Shown here in pieces: positions 58,141-64,000 of a stretch of 64,000 bases of DNA. The notes below the pieces were generated by a model, which ran no database searches, was not told the DNA's origin, and worked only from the letters and a program-made list of their open reading frames with translations. Made by a program: the position numbers and the translations under genes. The stretch is taken from contig NC_044034.1 in assembly GCF_901765095.1 (NCBI RefSeq), forward strand, positions 62,626,339-62,690,338, in the 5' to 3' direction. Origin of the DNA: Microcaecilia unicolor (lineage: Eukaryota). The stretch's first letter is position 1, and each line of letters begins with the position of its first letter.

Positions 58141-59207
58141 CTTGAAGGTAATATCTAGGCCAGTCTTTTTTTTTTTTTTAAGAGCTGTGTTAAAATGTTA
58201 TTACCTAAATTAGAAGGATAGTTGCTTAGTGTGAAAAAAAGACTATTTGTCAAACAATGTAAGCCACAAAATGACAGAAAGGAAGGAGGATTGGACATCA
58301 AATAAGCAAGGCAACTGGCCAACAGACAAGAGGATGAAGTTAACCTACACAACAATCTAGATACAGGAATATCATTATGGGAAATCTTGTTAAATGATAC
58401 AGAGCCAAATAAATAATCTATAGTTGGAGATGCTAACTGTCCCCACAGAAGGGGTGGTTTCGTATAAGTTTCTTTAGATGTGGCTGTACTTGCTATCGAA
58501 GTATTTTGCTAAGATTTTTCAACTGTTTTGTATAATCCTGTGTGAATTCCTGAGTCAGTTTCCTATATTATGTATTGACCTAGGTCTGTGCCCCTCTTGT
58601 TTGTATTCAAAACCATCCAGGAATATAAAACCTTTTTGAATTTAAAATTGTGAACTATTTTGACTCCCACCAGACAAGACTTAAAGATCTGGGTTTCCTA
58701 TCACATCATAAACCATAAAATTATACTTCTTTGTCACTCTGATCACCTATCCATCTTTCCCAGTGTCTCTTCTCCCCCCCCCCCCCCCCCCCGACTCCTT
58801 TTCCCATGAGTCCATCATTGGAATGCTTTTGTTTCACATATATATTCTGATATGTCATCATCTGTTTGTTTCTGTTTTGAAGAAGGTATTGCTTTCAAAA
58901 GCTAATCAAAAAATGTATGAAGTTAGTGCAATAAAAAAAGATCTTATTTTCTTTTATTTTGTATTTATTACCTTTAAAAGTGGAGTAACATGGCTACCAC
59001 ACCACTTCACTATTAGAGCAAACAATTTGTAATACAGCAGTCCAAAACTCATCCTTTTATGTGAAAAAAATAAAAAAATTACAAAAGTTCAAGCATGTAA
59101 CTTGTGCCAACTTCTTATGTGCCTGACATAGAAAATAAAATCGACCATTCTCAACATTTTTAATCACCTTTACCCAGAGATAGTCACAAATAGCAAATAT
59201 CACTTAG

Positions 59208-59410
59208 ATACTACTACTACTTAACATTTCTAAAGCGCCACCAGGGTTACGCAGCGCTGTACAGCTTAACATAGGACAGTCCCTGCTCAAGGAGCTTACA
59301 ATCTAAAGGACAAATGTACAGTCAGTCAAATAGGGGCAGTCTAGATTTCCTGAATAGGTATAAAGGTTAGGTGCTGACGGCAACATTGAAGAGGTGAGCT
59401 TTGAGCAAGG
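59208..59410 (+). repeat. SINE-like repeat, family A (second copy)
   Basis: 'ctactactacttaacatttctaaagcgccaccagggttacgcagcgctgtacagcttaacataggacagtccctgctcaaggagcttacaatctaaagg...' matches 13135-13330. Confidence 0.35.
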
Positions 59411-59435
59411 ATACAACATATAGAGCCCTGATTAC

Positions 59436-59585
59436 TAAGCCACATTGTAGGCACGCTAGCATTTTTAGTGCACGCTAAAAATGAGTGCGTGCTAATTCTA
59501 GCGACACCCATATATACCTATGGGTGTCTCTAGTGTTGGCGCTCGCAAAAAATGCTAGCAAACCTTAGTAAACAGGGCCCCCTAG
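59436..59585. mobile_element. short MITE of the 'GTTTACTAAG' TIR family
   Basis: 'gagccctgattactaagccac...aaccttagtaaacagggcccccta'. Confidence 0.45.
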
Positions 59586-59814
59586 GCTTTTCTGGGAGCT
59601 AGTAATGTATCAATTTTGTTGCTAATTTGCTGCTCTGGCCCAGGAATTGCTATGCATATCTTTCACTGACAGTCTTATTACATATGTTTTCAATGCTTGT
59701 CCCTTCTTGCCTAGCAGGCAGGCAAGCAGAGTGTCAACACTGAGTGCTGGCGCCCCTCACCCATTGGTTTAATTAAGAAGTCTGTAATAATGGTGAAAGA
59801 TCCAGGAAGTATAT

Positions 59815-60010
59815 GCACAGTGGTTCCCAAACCTGGTCCTGGAGGCACCCCAACCAGTCAGGTTTTCTAGATATCCACAATGAATATTCATGAGAGAGAT
59901 TTGCATACCAAGGAGGCAGTACATGCCTCATTGTTAAAGCTTTTTGGGACCCCTATTCATTGTGGATATCCAGAAAACCTGAGTGGCTGGGGTGCCTCTA
60001 GGACCAGGTT
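59815..60010. mobile_element. palindromic hAT-type MITE (third copy of the 47735 family)
   Basis: 'cagtggttcccaaacctggtcctggaggcacccc...ggggtgcctctaggaccaggtttgggaaccactac'. Confidence 0.5.
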
Positions 60011-60029
60011 TGGGAACCACTACACTAAC

Positions 60030-60339
60030 CCCCCCCTCGTTTATAAAGCCACGCAGCAATGCTGACATAGCCCATTCAAAGTGAATGGGCCAGTGGCGTA
60101 GCCACAGGTGGGCTTGGGTGGGCCAGGGCCCACCCATTTATGGCTCAGGCCCACCCAACAGTAGCACATGTTTAGTGCTAACTGGTGGAAATCCCAAGCT
60201 CCACCAGCTGAAGATTTTCCCCTGATGGTAACAAAAACGCTACTCTCCGTGACACCGGCACCTGCGCATGCTCAGTTTTCAGAGCATGCCTGCTGCCAAG
60301 GTAGAAAGAAGCGTTTTCCCACCAGCTGAGATCATTTTT

Positions 60340-60370
<31 letters not shown>

Positions 60371-60505
60371 GGGGGGAGGAGAACACTTGGTGCCCAACCA
60401 ATTCTTGCCTAGGCCCACACAAAATCTGTTGTCTGGCTACGCCCCTGGAATGGGCTGTGTCGACATTAGCGCACCGGCAACCACTAGTGCGGCTTTGTAA
60501 ACGGG
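60030..60505. mobile_element. MITE of the 'GTTTA(C/T)AAAG' TIR family, split by a nested insertion
   Basis: 'ccccctcgtttataaagccacgcagcaatgctgacatagcccattcaaagtgaatgggc' ... [insert] ... 'gaatgggctgtgtcgacattagcgcaccggcaaccactagtgcggctttgtaaacggggg'. Confidence 0.5.
60091..60447. mobile_element. 357-bp non-autonomous hAT-like element ('CAGTGGCGTAGCC...GGCTACGCCCCTG') with perfect 8-bp target-site duplication 'GAATGGGC', nested in the MITE above
   Basis: Target-site duplication at 60083-60090 and 60448-60455. TIRs are seen directly. The interior has T15 then G27 homopolymers (60335-60376). Confidence 0.65.
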
Positions 60506-61839
60506 GGTAAGTGTGCAGATGCTGCCACTGTCTGATATTTTACACAAGGTGGAAATGAAGACGAGAAGGATGAACAGGTCTCCTATTGCCTTAAATACAA
60601 AATCATAAAAAAAGGAGAGTCTTCAGAATGGTATAAAATAGCTGTAGAAATTATTTACAAAATTGGATAAATCAGAGGTAAATAAAATCTAGGTCCTACA
60701 GTGCCTGCTAGGGGCTGTTAATGCTGTGGTACAAATTTTTCAGGTTTTAAAACTAGGGAGGGGGGGGGAAGAGTATGGAGATTAGTTGATACAGTTTGCT
60801 TTTTTTTTTATATTTTTATTCTGCCTATCACTAACCTACAATTCCTCCTTTAAACCCCAATCTTTGTTTCCAAAGCACAAGGCAAAATAATATTCACTTA
60901 CTTACCAGAGAAATGTCCTCTTCTCTTAGAACTTCTCAGAAAGAAAGCTAAGTGGGACCTTTCCTGTTTATATAGTTTTGAATCAAACTTCAAACAGACT
61001 CTTTCAAACTAAGTCAAGTAATCAGATTGCCCTTAGTAACCTCTGCAACTATTTTCCTTCCTCACACAACTTGATAAGTGTATTCTATAAAGTGATGCGC
61101 ATAAATTCTAATGCATGCTGTCAAAAAGGGGGTGTGACCATGGGCGGATCATGGGTGTTCCTAAAAATTATACGTGCTGTTATAGAATACACCCAGTCTG
61201 CGCCTTAGTCACTGACATTTACACCGTGTTACTTGGCATAAATTCCCACGACTAGATATAGTCGTGTAGACAGGCCCTAGGTGTATTCTATAAACCGCGC
61301 CTAACTGTAGGTGTAGTTTATAGAATACACCTAGGTGTATTTTTTTTCAGCACCATATATAGAATCTAGTCCTTCATCCCTAACTTTGGGCACCAGCATT
61401 TACACCTGCCAAAAGCTGATATAAATGCAGGCACCTAATTTATGGCAGGTGTGCAAAATTCTATAACAATCATGTCTAACTTCAGGGAATGCCACTTGAT
61501 CTGCCCACACCCCTTCTATAGCTATGCCCCATTGCCACTGCACACTATTAAATTTAGGTGTATATTTTATAGATCTGCAATCGGTGCCCAAATTTGTGTG
61601 CTCAACTTTGGTCGACCTATATCAAATCCGTGGGTATGTGTTTCTGTGTCCCAACATGTAGTCCTGGAAAGCAAAATATGCAGGCTGTAGCAATGCTACC
61701 TTAGGCTAGTTGATGCCAGTCTTAGCTCTTGTAATTAAAAATGTGATATTTTAGCGTGGGCTGCATTTCGATGAAAGGTTTTTTTATCATGATTATTCTT
61801 GTGAATAAAAGGATCAGTATCAGAAGCGTAGGCTGATGC

Positions 61840-62340
61840 TGTTATGCTATGGGTAGTATCCCTATCTCACCCTTTTCCAGTTCCAGTATTGCTTGTGTGG
61901 CCTAGCTCACCCATTTCTAGCATTGTCACCCTCTCCCCATTTCCCAATTCCAGAACTACTCATGTATGTTTTTTTTTATTTCACCCAGCTTTACGCCTTC
62001 TGTCCCTACGTTCCCTTCCTGCCCATCATCTCTTGTGTCCTTGCCCCTCTTCTTGCTCTCAAAGGCAAGGATTCTTTCTCTGTACATCTCGCTTGCACCC
62101 CTCTCCCCATGGTCTGTTATCCCATCCTTCCTCTGTGAATCCATTGTTCTTCCCCTCTCACTGCCCCCCTCCCCAGTCTGTCCACTAAGTTTAGTCCACT
62201 TCAGCCATGATTCTCCCTCCTCCTCTTTGCCTCTAGCCCACCACACCTGGCAATGCCAGCACCCACTGCAGCCCTGCTCCCAAGTCCCACCAGCATTAAA
62301 AATTAATTTTATTCTTTACACTCTACTCCCCAAAATCCAG
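61840..62340. repeat. C/T-rich low-complexity tract
   Basis: Composition. ORFs 61844..62188, 61966..62343 and others are artefacts. Confidence 0.5.
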
Positions 62341-62384
62341 TGAACTTGCCTTCATTGGTGGTGCTCAGTTGATGCACTAGAGTG

Positions 62385-62520
62385 CTGCTGGAGGAGTAGC
62401 CTAGTGGTTAGTGCAGCAGACTTTGATCCTGGGGAACTGGGTTTGATTCCCACTTCAGCTCCTTGTGACTTAACCCTCCATTGCCCCAGCTACAAACAAA
62501 ATAAGTACCTGTATATATGG
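62385..62520 (+). repeat. tRNA-derived SINE (same family as 57950)
   Basis: 'ggagtagcctagtggttagtgcagcagactttgatcctggggaactgggtttgattcccacttcagctccttgtgacttaaccctccattgccccag'. Confidence 0.5.
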
Positions 62521-63879
62521 AAACTTTGACTGTAGTTGCAAAATACTACAAAGGTGGTATATCAAGTCCCATTTCCCTTTCTCCTTCTTTTTGCCACATC
62601 CCACCTATATGATGCAACAGGATTGACATGTGGCAGAGGAAAGATCCCATGGTTGGCCACAGGAAGTTTATAGTTTATTAAGATTTGCTATACTGCCCAA
62701 GCTAACTTTTGCAGTCCTGGGTGGTTTACAAACTAAACAAAACCTATAAATTTGAGTAAAGGACTACACTCTTGGACAGGAAAGAATTCTTCCCTTCAAA
62801 CAAATCATTTAGTCTAGCTAGACAATAGTAAAGAAGGGGAATAGGGATTAGGAGAGTACAAGGGGAGGGAAACAGACTGATGCAGGCTCAACTTATTGGT
62901 CCATGAATTAAAATCATAACAAGTCTTTTGATTAAAATTTAAAAATATACATGTTTAATGTTTTTCATTGGTTATAGGCCTACAAAATGCCTTATATAAT
63001 ATATAAAAATGCAAAACATGCAGAGGCAGGGTCAGAGCTTACAGGGATGGGTCCCAACTATCCCTATGTCATTCTCTAGAGAGCTGGTAAAATTAACTTA
63101 TAAATACAAAGGGGAGTTTGAAAAAGATAGTGAAGAAATGGAGAAAATTGTGTATTGGGAGGAGGGGATAGGGACATTACTGTGTTATAGTGTTTGTCTT
63201 TTATGCAATGGTTTGTGTTGAAACAAAAAAAAGTGTAAAAATTGTTAAAAATAAAAGTTAAACTGCATGTAAATAGACTTAATAAACACAATCGTGTGCA
63301 AACTTATTTTCAGACGTACTAATGAATATATATTCCTAATGCTAGCCCACATTAAATTTTGTTGTATGTTAGCCAGACATGTGGATGTATTTGTCCCACA
63401 GACCACACTTTGAATTAGATTTGACAAGGTTCACCATCATATCAGCATGTATTAACACACAATAATATGCACTGCTTACTGCAGTTCAAAAATGAAAGTA
63501 GGAGAGAACCAATACAATTCCAACTCAAGGGTAAAAAAAACTATTTTATTAGTCGAACAGACGCATATTTGCATTTTGGTGCCTGCCGCCGGAGTCAACC
63601 AATCAATCCAGGTGAGTGTGGATATTAGCATATACAAATTCATGCAGATACTTTACAAAACATATGAAAAAAAAATCCCTAAAAAAGTGTCCTTGGTAAT
63701 GTAAATACCAAGAGTAAAATATTGTGCGCTGCAACTAAATTGCAGGTTCAAAAAAACATGGTCACAAGGAACAGCAATGCATTTCCAGATCTTTAACTCT
63801 CCTTTATGGCTGCCAGCAACTAGGTCAGATTGGGAAGAAACAGTTTTAGATACTATGTCTTCTGCATTGGCATCACTCA

Positions 63880-64000
63880 ATGTGGAGGAGTGGCCTAGTG
63901 GTTAGAGCACTGGTCTTGCAATCCACAGGTGGCCGGTTCAAATCCCACTGCTGCTCCTTGTGATCTTGGACAAGTCACTTAACCCTCCATTGCCTCAGGT
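63880..64000 (+). repeat. tRNA-derived SINE (same family), runs off the window end
   Basis: 'ggaggagtggcctagtggttagagcactggtcttgcaatccacaggtggccggttcaaatcccactgctgctccttgtgatcttggacaagtcacttaaccctccattgcctcaggt'. Confidence 0.5.

Noticed and set aside
1-64000. Prokaryotic defence or novel operon-like system, or a CRISPR array
   Set aside because: The sequence is clearly eukaryotic: spliceosomal AG/GT-bounded exon candidates, LINE/SINE/DIRS/MITE content, A-tailed retroposition with target-site duplications. Tandem repeats at 34680-34940, 46110-46900 and 55680-56200 are contiguous with no unique spacers, so they are minisatellites, not CRISPR. No arrangement of co-oriented intact non-TE genes exists.

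Overview
This window is eukaryotic DNA, not prokaryotic. Canonical AG/GT splice junctions, retrotransposon proteins, A-tailed retroposed insertions with target-site duplications, tRNA-derived SINEs and minisatellites all point to a vertebrate genome. The repeat mix (DIRS, CR1, L1/Tx1-like, Penelope, Harbinger and hAT MITEs) is most consistent with an amphibian-type genome, but the species cannot be named from sequence alone. There is no CRISPR array, no rRNA or genuine tRNA gene, no operon-like gene block and no defence-system-like architecture. The window is a transposable-element-rich intergenic or intronic landscape.

Main content:
(i) A nearly complete DIRS-like tyrosine-recombinase retrotransposon lies at 1-4140. 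It carries a Gag-like ORF, an RT-RNase H ORF, a YR ORF and a characteristic inverted-repeat terminus.
(ii) Several CR1-like LINE copies on both strands span 13960-20930, with another at 29770-30180 and further CR1 3'UTR tails.
(iii) L1/Tx1-like LINE pieces include three ORF1 (Transposase_22-type, 'RRNNLRI' motif) regions and ORF2 EN/RT/C-terminal fragments.
(iv) A Penelope-like fragment with RT plus a GIY-YIG endonuclease sits at 8365-9109.
(v) At least four non-autonomous DNA-transposon families are present. One is a Harbinger-type MITE with TTA target-site duplications. The others are a palindromic hAT-type MITE and a 'CAGTGGCGTAGCC'-TIR element, both with 8-bp target-site duplications, plus shorter palindromic derivatives.
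(vi) tRNA-derived SINEs, a second SINE-like family, two related minisatellites, a ~2x165 bp near-perfect palindrome and many 18-27 nt G or C homopolymers complete the repeat content.

Host coding content is sparse. A ~3 kb unit carrying two exon-like segments with canonical splice sites, encoding FG-containing peptides, occurs in two tandem copies ~11.3 kb apart. A third, diverged copy follows, plus a few isolated exon candidates. None could be assigned to a named gene from sequence alone.

Most of the long ORFs in the six-frame track are artefacts of tandem repeats, low-complexity tracts or palindromes.
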